Source: Macrostomum lignano (taxonomy: Eukaryota). From it: 64,000 nucleotides of DNA. Of this stretch, positions 1 to 52,451 are shown piece after piece. Under the pieces are notes generated by a model. It ran no database searches. It was not told the origin of the DNA and saw only the letters and a list, made by a program, of their open reading frames with translations. Numbering within the stretch: the stretch's first letter is position 1; every line of letters begins with the position of its first letter. The DNA lies in assembly GCA_002269645.1 (NCBI GenBank), contig NIVC01001457.1, positions 1 through 64,000 on the forward strand, in the 5' to 3' direction. The translations under genes were made by a program, and so were the position numbers.

Positions 1-128
1 GATGCATTCTTAGAAAAAGCAACAATTTCAAGTCTAACTTACCATGCAGTTATTTTATTGCAAACTAAAAACAGAACAAAGACCGTTACTGTTAGCCACC
101 ATTTTAACTGATAGTGTCCCTGGAACAC

Positions 129-37806
<37,678 letters not shown>

Positions 37807-37886
37807 GGCGACGGCTTGGAGAGCCCTCACCCGCCGCCTCTGCCTGCCTGACCTGCCAACTGGTCACTGACTGGACAGAGCGGTCG

Positions 37887-37907
37887 CCTGGGAGAGTGAG
37901 GAGGGGG
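37887..37907 (-). promoter_or_regulatory. Strong 3' splice site upstream of the start-codon exon (cis 5'UTR intron or trans-splice acceptor)
   Basis: ccccctcctcactctcccag|GCG, 81 nt upstream of the ATG; in-frame TGA between them, so this stretch is UTR. Confidence 0.5.
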
Positions 37908-38085
37908 GCGATGAGTGCGTCTGACACATGGGGATTCGTTGGGAACCAATGGGAAACCGGTTTGGTTTGCCTGAGGGAAGCATTTGTAGTGTTGGGACTC
38001 TGCTTTGTACAATAACTATCTTGTCAAATTAATTAACACTATCTTTGCGAAAGAATATATTCGGGGGTTCATTTTTTCTGTCAAA

Positions 38086-38400
38086 TCCCAGTCAGAGACA
38101 TCCCAGTCAGAGACATCCCAGTCAGAGACATCCCAGTCAGAGACATCCCAGTCAGAGACATCCCAGTCAGAGACATCCCAGTCAGAGACATCCCAGTCAG
38201 AGACATCCCAGTCAGAGACATCCCAGTCAGAGACATCCCAGTCAGAGACATCCCAGTCAGAGACATCCCAGTCAGAGACATCCCAGTCAGAGACATCCCA
38301 GTCAGAGACATCCCAGTCAGAGACATCCCAGTCAGAGACATCCCAGTCAGAGACATCCCAGTCAGAGACATCCCAGTCAGAGACATCCCAGTCAGAGACA
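38086..38400. repeat. Perfect minisatellite, 15-bp unit (tcccagtcagagaca) x21
   Basis: All 21 units identical. Confidence 0.98.
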
Positions 38401-38915
38401 TCATATTCGTCATGGATAGTTTTTATAAATGCCATGTTCTTACTCCAATTAGCTGCAGTGTCTGTCAGTCTAGAGACTGTCAGTCGAGCTCTATCTTTAT
38501 CCCCACACACGCAAACTCTCTGCTCTGCATCTTCCCATCTTCGTGTCTCTTGGATCTCTAATCTGACATTGTGCCGTGACTGGTGCAAATGAGAAAGAAA
38601 ATATTTGGAGACAAATCTACACACTAGCTCGGCATTGAAAGGTAACCCCATTCCGTCCAAAAGGGGATTAAGCAAGGGTATTAAGCCTCCCCTAGCAGCA
38701 GGCCACCTCTATGCAAGGAAAAAAGGGGCCAGAGTCCCGCGCCTTTGACTTTTTGCGAAAGCAAGGGTAACACGAGCTGCATACAATGCTGCAATTTTGC
38801 TGAGTGCCCAAGTTATTTTTAGTTATTAATATTAATACTTTTTGAGACCTCTTTGTGAGCGGTGGATTCGTGTTTTGAGTTAGGACAGCAGGTTCTGCTC
38901 CATCAGTAAAAGTTT

Positions 38916-39365
38916 ATGACAAATCAATACCAGTTCATGACCAATCATCACCAGTTTATGACCAATCAATACCAGTTCATGACCAACCAATATCAGTTTA
39001 TGACCAATCATCACCAGTTTATGACCAATCATCACCAGTTTATGACCAATCATCACCAGTTTATGACCAATAAATATCAGTTTATGACAAATCAATACCA
39101 GTTTATGACCAACCAATATCAGTTCATGACTAATCATCACCAGTTTATGACCAATCAATACCAGTTCATGACCAACCAATATCAGTTTATGACCAATCAT
39201 CACCAGTTTATGACCAACCAATATCAGTTTATGACCAATCATCACCAGTTCATGACCAACCAATATCAGTTTATGACCAATCATCACCAGTTTATGACCA
39301 ACCAATATCAGTTTATGACCAATCATCACCAGTTTATGACCAATCATCTCCAGTTTTTGACCGAC
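38916..39365. repeat. Minisatellite, 21-bp unit (atgaccaatcatcaccagttt and variants)
   Basis: Direct inspection. Confidence 0.95.
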
Positions 39366-39871
39366 CACAATAGAAGCATTACTACACAATACAATAATTG
39401 CCAATCAAAAAGTCACGATTGCCAAAGCGAAGAAATTAATGACTATTCAGTAGCTGGCATCGGCATATTCGGCTTAGTTTAATTTCTAGACTGATTTAGA
39501 ACGCAACCAAACAGTTAAAAATCGATTAAGATGTTCTTATTTTTGCCTTTTTGGAAATGTTATTAAATCCAGCCTAAATTAAAATTCGTTTCCACAAAGT
39601 TATCTGAAATAAACCAGAGTCCTCTCGCAGCAATGTCCGCACTAGCAATGCATTATTGCTGCTTCTAAAAGCGGAATTCTGTTTGCATTAAATTATTCAA
39701 TATTGCATCCAGCGCTGCTCAAGGAGTTTTTAAATATCGATTTTTTAGTTAAGGTCGCTGAAGGGAAGGATGAGGGTCGAGAAAGCCTTCTGAGACTATT
39801 TTAAGAGCTAAAATCCACCTATACTAAATCTCTAAAGACTGTCCGTCTTTACAAGGCTAAACATGACGCCT

Positions 39872-42205
39872 TCACTCCTCCTGACGCATCACTCTTCCTG
39901 ACGCATCACTCTTCCTGACACATCACTCTTCCTGACACATCACTCTTCCTGACACATCACTCTTCCTGACACATCACTCTTCCTGACACATCACTCTTCC
40001 TGACACATCACTCTTCCTGACACATCAATCTTCCTGACACATCACTCTTCCTGACACATCAATCTTCCTGACACATCAATCTTCCTGACACATCACTCTT
40101 CCTGACACATCACTCTTCCTGACACATCACTCTTCCTGACACATCAATCTTCCTGACACATCACTCTTCCTGACACATCACTCTTCCTGACACATCACTC
40201 TTCCTGACACATCAATCTTCCTGACACATCACTCTTCCTGACACATCACTCTTCCTGACACATCACTCTTCCTGACACATCACTCTTCCTGACACATCCC
40301 TCTTCCTGACACATCATCACTCTTTCTGAAGCATCAGTCTTCCTGACACATCATCACTCCTCCTGACACATCACTCTTCCTGACACATCTCTCTTCCTGA
40401 CACATCATCACTCTTTCTGAAGCATCAGTCTTCCTGACACATCATCACTCTTTCTGAAGCATCACTCTTCCTGACACATCTCTCTTCCTGAAACATCAAT
40501 CTTCCTGACACATCACTCTTTCTGACACATCACTCTTCCTGACACATCAATCTTCCTGACACATCACTCTTCCTGACACATCTCTCTTCCTGACACATCA
40601 TCACTCTTTCTGAAGCATCAATCTTCCTGACACATCACTCTTCCTGACACATCAATCTTCCTGACACATCACTCTTCCTGACACATCTCTCTTCCTGACA
40701 CATCATCACTCTTTCTGAAGCATCAATCTTCCTGACACATCACTCTTCCTGACACATCAATCTTCCTGACACATCACTCTTCCTGACACATCTCTCTTCC
40801 TGACACATCATCACTCTTTCTGAAGCATCAATCTTCCTGACACATCACTCTTTCTGACACATCACTCTTCCTGACACATCAATCTTCCTGACACATCACT
40901 CTTCCTGACACATCTCTCTTCCTGACACATCATCACTCTTTCTGAAGCATCAATCTTCCTGACACATCACTCTTCCTGACACATCAATCTTCCTGACACA
41001 TCACTCTTCCTGACACATCTCTCTTCCTGACACATCATCACTCTTTCTGAAGCATCACTCTTCCTGACACATCACTCTTCCTGACACATCCCTCTTCCTG
41101 ACGCATCATCACTCTTTCTGAAGCATCAGTCTTCCTGACACATCACTCTTCCTGACACATCACTCTTCCTGACACATCACTCTTCCTGACACATCATCAC
41201 TCTTTCTGAAGCATCAGTCTTCCTGACACATCATCACTCCTCCTGACACATCACTCTTCCTGACACATCTCTCTTCCTGACACATCATCACTCTTTCTGA
41301 AGCATCAGTCTTCCTGACACATCATCACTCTTTCTGAAGCATCACTCTTCCTGACACATCTCTCTTCCTGAAACATCAATCTTCCTGACACATCACTCTT
41401 CCTGACACATCTCTCTTCCTGAAACATCAATCTTCCTGACACATCCCTCCTCCTGACGCATCACTCCTCCTGACACATCACTCCTCCTGACACATCTCTC
41501 TTCCTGACACATCAATCTTCCTGACACATCACTCTTCCTGACACATCACTCTTCCTGACACATCACTCTTCCTGACACATCACTCTTCCTGACACATCCC
41601 TCTTCCTGACACATTATCACTCTTTCTGAAGCATCAGTCTTCCTGACACATCATCACTCCTCCTGACACATCACTCTTCCTGACACATCTCTCTTCCTGA
41701 CACATCATTCCTCCTGACACATCTCTCTTCCTGACACATCAATCTTCCTGACACATCACTCTTCCTGACACATCATTCCTCCTGACACATCTCTCTTCCT
41801 GACACATCAATCTTCCTGACACATCACTCTTCCTGACACATCATCACTCTTTCTGAAGCATCAGTCTTCCTGAGACATCGCTCTTCCTGACGCATCTCTC
41901 TTCCTGACACATCAATCTTCCTGACACATCAATCTTCCTGACACATCACTCTTCCTGACACATCAATCTTCCTGACACATCAATCTTCCTGACACATCAA
42001 TCTTCCTGACACATCACTCTTCCTGACACATCACTCATCCTGACACATCTCTCTTCCTGACACATCACTCCTCCTGACACATCTCTTTTCCTGACACATC
42101 AATCTTCCTGACACATCACTCTTCCTGACACACCATCATTCTTCCTGACATATCATCCTTCCTGACACATCACTTCACCTAACATATCACTCTACCTGAC
42201 ACCTT
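39872..42205. repeat. Minisatellite, 17-bp unit (cttcctgacacatcact) with higher-order blocks
   Basis: About 130 units; variant catcatcactctttctgaag recurs. Confidence 0.97.
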
Positions 42206-42681
42206 CTCCAGCTCCCTAACACGCATAAACACTCCAGAATCCGTATTCTAAAGAATACATAAATATTCTCTTGATGATGAATACTATCTCTCAGCATCTA
42301 TTGATGCGTATACAAGAGCTTGGATCAGCAGCTTGCATCTCTATTATCTTTTCAGCTCTCAATACCACTGGCACCAGAGAGCTTATTGAGTCCACTCTGG
42401 CCAATGGTCCGCCTCGCTTGGCATGAAGGACATTGGATTTTCTCCCAGGCATGCATGCTCTTGCCCGGCTGTGCTCAGCCACGTGTGCAGTATCAATTAA
42501 CAGCACATCTCAAGCCTTCACTACACCCGATGCGAGTCTTATCAACCCTCTCTAATGTTGCACTTCTCTTCTAGTGATAAGCTAAAAATAGAAACTAATG
42601 ACCGCTGTCCTGATGTAACCGGTTAGTACAGATCATACATACTTCCGATGGGACAGCGATCGGACACGGAGCTTCACTGAC

Positions 42682-43081
42682 TGCACTACACTGACTGCAA
42701 TCCACTGGCTGTAATCCACTGACTGCAATCCACTGACTGCAATCCACTGACTGCAATCCACTGACTGCAATCCACTGACTGCAATCCACCGATTGCAATC
42801 CACTGACTGCAATCCACTGACTGCAATCCACTGACTGCAATCCACTGGCTGCAATCCACTGACTGCAATCCACTGGCTGCAATCCACTGGCTGTAATCCA
42901 CTGACTACAATCCACTGGCTGCAATCCACTGGCTGTAATCCACTGACTGCAATCCACTGACTGCAATCCACTGACTGCAATCCACTGGCTGCAATCCACT
43001 GACTGCAATCCACTGACTGCAATCCACCGATTGCAATCCACTGACTGCAATCCACCGACTGCAATCCACTGACTGCAATCT
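42682..43081. repeat. Minisatellite, 14-bp unit (atccactgactgca)
   Basis: Direct inspection. Confidence 0.95.
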
Positions 43082-44529
43082 GCACACATTCAAGATACAT
43101 TCCAATTCACAGCAGCCACACTAAATTTATTGAATTAAATAAAAAGCCATCCAATATTTCATGGACACTGTAACTATGAAAGTTTTCTCTAAATTAAAAA
43201 GATGACATTTCAGGTCAGAACTTAAGCGCATAATAAATTTTCAAATAAATTTTCTCTGAATTTGACCTCAAGGATGCACTAAACCGAGAATTAAGTGTGT
43301 AAATATTTTCTACCGCCAATGCCTTCTACATTATGCTTCACAATTTGCATTGAACTTTCACTGCGAAGGATGGCCCTAGAGACTAAAATAAAATTGATAT
43401 CATTTCATGGAAAATAGATGCAAACTATGCTACTGAGATGCTAATCATATGCGACTTTTTGGCCCATTTTATGCAACAAAAACTGACTGCATAATTTAAA
43501 AGACTTAGAATTGTTAATAATTAATAAATAAACAGTACATAAAAGGGCATAATTCATATATATCTATAGCTTGAATCATATATAGTTATGAATGCTAAAG
43601 TTTATATAAAAATCGGTTTCGAGAAGCGGTATTCGATCCTGTACAAGGGACGCATTTATGCTTATTTTAGGTGTCACATAAACGTATTGTTGACAAAATT
43701 TTGACTAGCTAATTGTTTACAATGTTATCAGTAAACAACGCTAGAGTAAAGCTTCCTAACTTCACCGTAATACATCAGCCTAATTACTCCAGTATGTCAG
43801 CCGTGTGTGATTGGTTGGTAGGTTTATTTAATTTCAAACACGCCCACACTGAATCTTCAATCAATCATCAGTTGGTACCGTCCTGCTGTCCGTGATCTGT
43901 GCGCTTAATTAATACCTTCACATGAGGCATTGGGACTGCTTTGAAGCTGAAAGCGCCGGTCACAAAGCTGCAGTGAGCAGTCCCAGAAGTGAGTTTATAA
44001 ACGAGTATGGTATCGTTTATATATACACGACAAAGAAGAAAAATCGGAGCAAAAAAAAACGGCGCAGATAACGTAGTGGTTTTGGGAAGGCAAGCAAGTC
44101 CGCTTTCGGGAGGCATCCATCACTGCCCGGGCTGGCGGGGTTGACAAAGTTAATTAGATAAAAAGAGGCGCTGGCCACGACCCAAGAATACGCTATAGGC
44201 CTCCGACATAGTGCAAAGATTCATAAGCATTGGCTCTTGGTTTAGTATATAAGGACTAGCACCTATGCTCCTCACAAGGTGTCTGATTATTCGATCAATA
44301 AAAGTAGCAGTGCTAGCTATACCTTATTAATGATAATATTAATAACAAGCTCTAACCAGTAGCATGGCAGTGGGACTTGAAAGAGTACATGGGAACTATC
44401 CAGTACAATTCTATCCCAAAGGATCTTTCTTTATCCTGTGCTATAGACAATAATCATACTTTAGAAGTAAATGCTAGACTCTGTAGCGCATATACTGCCA
44501 CCCATATACTGCCACCGATATATTGTAAC

Positions 44530-45382
44530 CCATAGATTGCAACCCATAGACTGTAAACCATAGACTGCAAACCATAGACTGCAAACCATAGACTGCAAAC
44601 CATAGACTGCAAACCATAGACTGCAAACCATAGACTGCAAACCATAGGCTGCAACCCATAGACTGCAAACCATAGGCTGCAAACCATAGACTGCAAACCA
44701 TAGACTGCAAACCATAGACTGCAAACCATAGACTGCAAACCATAGACTGCAAACCATAGACTGCAAACCATAGGCTGCAACCCATAGACTGCAAACCATA
44801 GGCTGCAAACCATAGACTGCAAACCATAGACTGCAAACCATAGACTGCAAACCATAGACTGCAACCCATAGACTGCAAACCATAGGCTGCAACCCATAGA
44901 CTGCAAACCATAGACTGCAAACCATAGACTGCAAACCATAGACTGCAAACCATAGACTGCAAACCGTAGGTTGCAAACCATAGACTGCAAACCATAGACT
45001 GCAAACCATAGACTGCAAACCATAGACTGCAAACCATAGACTGCAAACCATAGACTGCAAACCATAGACTGCAAACCATAGACTGCAAACCATAGACTGC
45101 AAACCATAGACTGCAAACCATAGACTGCAACCCATAGACTGCAAACCATAGGCTGCAACCCATAGACTGCAAACCATAGACTGCAAACCATAGACTGCAA
45201 ACCATAGACTGCAAACCATAGACTGCAAACCGTAGGTTGCAAACCATAGACTGCAAACCATAGACTGCAAACCATAGACTGCAAACCATAGACTGCAAAC
45301 CATAGACTGCAAACCATAGACTGCAAACCATAGACTGCAAACCATAGACTGCAAACCATAAACTGCAAACCATAAACTGCAA
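44530..45382. repeat. Minisatellite, 14-bp unit (aaccatagactgca)
   Basis: About 60 units. Confidence 0.97.
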
Positions 45383-45992
45383 CCTATGCTCCTCAAAATG
45401 TCTTTGTTTATTTGATTTATATGCAGTTGCAGTGCAAGCCTACTCAATATTAGTTATAATGTTAATAATAATTACAAAAATAAATATTATAGTTTCTAAC
45501 TACTCGAGGGAGTGGGACGAGGAGTACATGGGAACTACCCAGAAAAATGTTATGTAAATGAATCGCGAACATTTCTTATTTATTTATTTATCCACTAGAC
45601 GGTTAGCAACTGCTGTGATGTGCAGAAACCTGCATGAAAAATATATATAGGGCAGAGATACAGATGGATGGGCAGCAAACCAGGTCTGTCCAGATGCCTC
45701 TGTAAAGTGTCCTGAATTCGGTTCATCAGCCAGTCAACTCACAACCCCGCATCTGACAGGAACAAGCACTACATGTGCCAGTGTCTGGTATGAATCAAAT
45801 TTTCACATCCAATAGCAACATCTGCTCCTGGGACAATTTGGCCAATGATTTCTAGATTAAACGGTCAGGAGTACAGAATCCAGTCAATTCAGGCATTCAT
45901 CTCAGTTTGAGGGCCATAAATCTTTGAATGACAGTTCATCATTTTTGTGTGATCTTACTGGCTTAAACCGTGTGTTACTATTGATTTGTTAA

Positions 45993-46287
45993 GCTCACTC
46001 ACTCATTCACTCACTCACTCACTCACTCACTCACTCACTCACTCACTCACTCACTCACTCACTCACTCGCTCACTCACTCACTCACTCACTCACTCACTC
46101 ACTCACTCACTCACTCACTCACTCACTCACTCACTCACTCACTCACTCACTCACTCACTCACTCACTCACTCACTCACTCACTCACTCACTCACTCACTC
46201 ACTCTCTCACTCACTCACTCACTCTCTCACTCACTCACTCACTCACTCACTCACTCACTCACTCACTCATTCATTCACTCATTCACC
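45993..46287. repeat. (TCAC)n microsatellite
   Basis: Direct inspection. Confidence 0.98.
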
Positions 46288-46723
46288 AAGTCACTCATCA
46301 AAGAGGCGTGTCAGGCGCAGGTCTGTGAAATTCTGTTATAACTGATAACTGATAAGAGATTCCCACTTCCCTGTGCCTGACACGGAAAGCCATTCCAGCG
46401 CAGGACAGCTGCTTTTCGATCTGATCCGAAATCAAAACGCTATGAAGTGTCGGTTAAATTTCGGAAATCGACTGTCACGAGACTCCCGAAGCTTCATCAG
46501 TAAGGTAAATTAATCTAGAGGAAAACAGCTTCTTGAATCGAATTTCGATCCACTAGAAAGATTACTTTTGAGGCTGTTGATTCTACGGAAAAATAAAAGA
46601 CGAAACAATCACGTGACCCCTTGCAGAGACACGAAACTCCAGTAACGAAATGCTTTCACGAAAAGCAGCAACTTACGGTTTCCAGCCTATGGGTAGGAGT
46701 GAGTGGGTGACTGAGTAAGGAAG

Positions 46724-46948
46724 ACTGCAACCCATAGACTGCAAACCAAGGACTGCAGCCCATATGCTGCAAACCATAGACTGCAACCCATACACTGCAA
46801 ACCATCGACTGCAAACCATAGACTGCAACCCATACATGTAGATTGCAACCCATACACCGCAAACCATACACTGCAACCCATACACCGCAAACCATAGACT
46901 GCAACCGATAAACTGCAACCCATTGGCTGCAAATCATAAACTGCAAAC
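46724..46948. repeat. Degenerate 14-bp array (aaccatagactgca family)
   Basis: Same unit as 44530-45382, more diverged. Confidence 0.9.
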
Positions 46949-47411
46949 CAAAGACTACAAAAATAAAAAACTAGTAAAGTCCACAAGCCATAAAACAATT
47001 TCCACAATTTCCATTAACTAATGCCCACAATTTTAGGCTTTTCTCTAACTTTGATTCCTCCGTCACATCAGTTTTAATTATTCGTACTCAAGAGTGTATC
47101 GCAAGGTCAAGGATTTGAATGGAATTAGTGATACAACCGCAGTTTTAGCTGTATTGCACTGATCATTTTATTAAATGAATATGTTTATCTGCTTCAATGT
47201 ACTATTATAGGCTAACATGAGGCATCGAGGGGCTTTCAGACATCAACAGCGAATCAAACCTTGGGCAGTAGGCTCGACTTTGATTCAAAAAGGAAACCTT
47301 TCATAATTGATCAATAATATACAGATGTGAAATGTGCTTACGGAAAATACCTCACAGTCAACATAGGGATCAAGAAAACTGCGCATGTTCTGGACACTTC
47401 TAGTCCTTGAA

Positions 47412-49600
47412 ATTTTACCCCTTGAGATTCTACCTCTTGAGATTCTAACCCTTGGAGATTCTACCCCTTGGAGATTCTACCCCTTGAGATTCTACCCCTT
47501 GAGATTCCACCCCTTGAGATTCTACCTCTTGAGATTCTAACCCTTGGAGATTCTACCCGGTGGAGATTCTACCCCTTGTAGATTCTACCCCTTGGAGATT
47601 CTACCCGTTGGAGATTCTACCCCTTGGAGATTCTAACCCTTGGAGATTCTACCCCTTGAGATTCTACCCGTTGGAGATTCTACCCCTTGAGATTCTACCT
47701 CTTGGAGATTCTACCCGTTGGAGATTCTACACCTTGGAGATTCTACCCGTTGGAGATTCTACCCGGTGGAGATTCTACCCATTGGAGATTCTACCCCTTG
47801 GAGATTCTACCCGTTGGAGATTCTACCCCTTGGAGATTCTAACCCTTGGAGATTCTACCTCTTGAGATTCTACCTCTTGAGATTCTACCCCTTGAGATTC
47901 TACCCCTTGAGATTCTACCCGTTGGAGATTCTACCCCTTGGAGATACTAACCCTTGGAGATTCTACCTCTTGAGATTCTACCCCTTGAGATTCTACCCCT
48001 TGAGATTCTACCCCTTGGAGATTCTACCCCTTAGAGATTCTAACCCTTGGAGATTCTACCTCTTGAGATTCTACCCCTTGAGATTCTACCCCTTGGAGAT
48101 TCTACCCGTTGGAGATTCTACCCGGTGGAGATTCTACCCCTTGGAGATTCTACCCGTTGGAGATTCTACCCCTTGGAGATTCTACCCCTTGGAGATTCTA
48201 CCCCTTGGAGATTCTACCCCTTGGAGATTCTACACCTTGGAGATTCTACCCGTTGGAGATTCTACCCGGTGGAGATTCTACCCCTTGGAGATTCTACCCC
48301 TTGGAGATTCTACCCGTTGGAGATTCTACCCCTTGGAGATTCTAACCCTTGGAGATTCTACCCGTTGGAGATTCTACCCCTTGGAGATTCTAACCCTTGG
48401 AGATTCTACCCCTTGGAGATTCTACCCGTTGGAGATTCTACCTCTTGAGATTCTAACCCTTGGAGATTCTACCCCTTGAGATTCTACCCCTTGAGATTCT
48501 ACCCCTTGGAGATTCTACCCCTTTGAGATTCTACCCGTTGGAGATTCTACCCGGTGGAGATTCTACCCCTTGTAGATTCTACCCCTTGGAGATTCTACCC
48601 CTTGGAGATTCTACCCGTTGGAGATTCTACCCGGTGGAGATTCTACCCCTTGAGATTCTACCCCTTGGAGATTCTACCCGTTGGAGATTCTACCCCTTGG
48701 AGATTCTAACCCTTGGAGATTCTACCCCTTGAGATTCTACCCGTTGGAGATTCTACCCCTTGAGATTCTACCCCTTGGAGATTCTACCCGTTGGAGATTC
48801 TACACCTTGGAGATTCTACCCGTTGGAGATTCTACCCCTTGGAGATTCTACCCCTTGGAGATTCTACCCCTTGGAGATTCTACCCGTTGGAGATTCTACC
48901 CGTTGGAGATTCTAACCCTTGGAGATTCTACCTCTTGAGATTCTACCCCTTGGAGATTCTACCCCTTGAGATTCTACCCCTTGAGATTCTACCCCTTAGA
49001 GATTCTACCCCTTGGAGATTCTACCCGTTGGAGATTCTACCCGGTGGAGATTCTACCCCTTGGAGATTCTACCCGTTGGAGATTCTACCCCTTGGAGATT
49101 CTAACCCTTGGAGATTCTACCCCTTGAGATTCTACCCGTTGGAGATTCTACCCCTTGGAGATTCTACCCCTTGGAGATTCTACCCGTTGGAGATTCTTCC
49201 CCTTGGAGATTCTACCCCTTGAGATTCCACCCCTTGAGATTCTACCCCTTGGAGATTCTACCCCTTTGAGATTCTACCCCTTGGAGATACTACCTCTTGG
49301 AGATTCTACCCCTTGGAGATTCTACCCCTTGGAGATTCTACCCCTTGAAGATTCTACCCGTTGGAGATTCTACCCCTTGAGATTCTAACACTTGAGATTC
49401 TAACCCTTGAAGATTCTACCCTTTGAGATTCTACCCGTTGGAGATTCTACCCCTTGGAGATTCTACCCCTTGGAGATTCTACCCCTTGGAGATTCTACCC
49501 CTTGGAGATTCTACCCCTTGGAGATTCTACCCCTTGGAGATTCTACCCCTTGGAGATTCTACCCCTTGGAGATTCTACCCCTTGGAGATTCTACCCTTTG
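47412..49600. repeat. Minisatellite, 15/16-bp unit (ttggagattctacccc)
   Basis: About 140 units. Confidence 0.97.
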
Positions 49601-50467
49601 AAATTCCCACTATAAACTCAGCGATCCTTCAAATCCACTCCCTATGTTGTCAGGAGGAAGTCTTGTTCGAGAGTAAAACTGCTAATAATATCGCTTTGCT
49701 CAGTTGTCAAGGGACTGGCGGGTACTTGCGCACTTGGCGTCGAACCAGTGAGCAACTCGGCATGCGTTTTTCCTCAGCTCAGAGCATCGGCAAATGGCTG
49801 GAGAACTCAGAGCTCTGAGGCGGAGGGCAGCCAGACTGTCAGGACTATTGTCTTGACGCTTCCCCCCACCCGACTGCTTCCTCTTGCCTCCCCTGACGCG
49901 CACAAAAAGCCCTCTCAATCATACGCTGAGAGTCAGTTGGGAGAGCTCAGCTCCTCCTGCCAGTATAATTGAAGCATTTTCAGTGCACACAGCTCAATCG
50001 GAGAACCTGTATGCGTTGCCTCAGCCCTACTCGGGTTGGAAATTTGGAAATAAGCTCGCTGGGGCACCGCCCTCCACACATTTTGCCCCTAGCTGCACCT
50101 CAAGCTCGCGGGGTCCGGCGTGAGCTGACGGCTGCCCACCTCAACCCATGGAATCCATAAAAGCTATCTGGGAAGCGAGAGTGTGTGGCTGGGGGGTTGG
50201 CCGGGGCTAAGTAAAGTTACTCTTTGACTTTCTGAGCATTGAGTACGTCAGGGCTTCAAGTGCGGAGGGATTGTAACGGAGAGAATTGAAAGGTTTTACA
50301 GGGGAAGGTGGGACGTTTAAGTGTCATGGGGGGGCTGTTTGCAGTTTTGAATTGCCTTAGTAGAAAGTGGCCAACTCAGAGTTATAGGGGCTTCAATATC
50401 TGTGCTAGTGAAGAGCAGTTCAATGGCTTACTCGGTTTGATCTGCTGAGTCAATTAAAGCTTACAAT

Positions 50468-51176
<709 letters not shown>

Positions 51177-52451
51177 TTCCCAAAGTCAAAGTCAAAGCTT
51201 TCGACACAAAAGTTTACAAGCGCCTAGAATTCTGAAACTTTTCCCGAACAGCTGGTGTGAAACCGGGGGTTGTTAAGCAGGGTTCCCAGTTTACAGACAA
51301 AATCTTGAAGGCTTTCGTGACCTCCAGATCGGATTTTTAAATGTCAACCAAGAAAATCCATGGGCTACAGGAACCTTGGAAAACATATTTGACAACTGTG
51401 AAAACTTTTTTTCAAATCATCTGCAGTACGAACTGGATATCCAGATGAAGTAGTCGCAACAGAATGAGGCTGGAAATGCGCAGTGACCTTGACTATATTT
51501 GTCACACTTTAAATTCAAACCTTCCCAAAATCAGCGCTGGCTTAATTAATGAATGACTACACCGGGACTACATTTCATATCTCCATCTCTAAATCTCCTA
51601 GCTATAGTTTCTGTCCATCTGAAATATTCCAATACATTTTTCTCGGAGTACTGATCCCCTCAGCCTGTCCCGTACCCCCGGAGACGGATTTCATTCCCAA
51701 AGTGGGAAGGGAGATTCATCCCTCACGCACAAGCAGAGACTGAGCAACTGGAGCTTATAGGCTGGGTATTAGTGCTGGCCTCTTAATTTAATCAGCTGAG
51801 ATAAAAATGAACTCAAACCCGCCGCCCTAGGGTGGACTTTGAACCCCGAATCGGCAGCCTCACCCCCCCCCCCCGACTTCCCTTTTCACTTCCTCATTTC
51901 CCCGCCACACACAGCGGCGCTACACTGGTGTGTAGGCGGCCACCTTTGATGGCGAGTCTAATGAAAACTCTGAAAGGAGCTCGAGGTCTGAAAAAGACGT
52001 TTAATCTAGCCTGCCTGCTATATTAGTTAGTACTTTTATAATATGCAAACCGTGCCGACCTGTCTACTTTGTTTATCATGCGCAACTAAACGCTGGTGTG
52101 CGCGAAATATTAACCAGGGGGTTGTCGTGCGACTTACGAAACGGCCATTATTACACCATTTGGCGACTCTACCGGTAGATTCTTCCAATTGATAAGGGCA
52201 AGCATACTGCTATGATTTATCAAACTAATTAAAAATTTATGACTGAGTTATACGGCTTGAAGGCTTGCTAATCTTATCTAATTACTAGAAATTCAACTGC
52301 CCCTCGCCACGCTTAATCAATGTACAGCATACTCCCTGCCCAAATGACTAATCAGTTTACCCACCCCATCTCTCGTCCAATCAAATCAAATTTAAAGGTG
52401 TATGAATGGCCGCTCAAATGTGTGTTCAATTGACAATGCGCTTGTAAAGTA

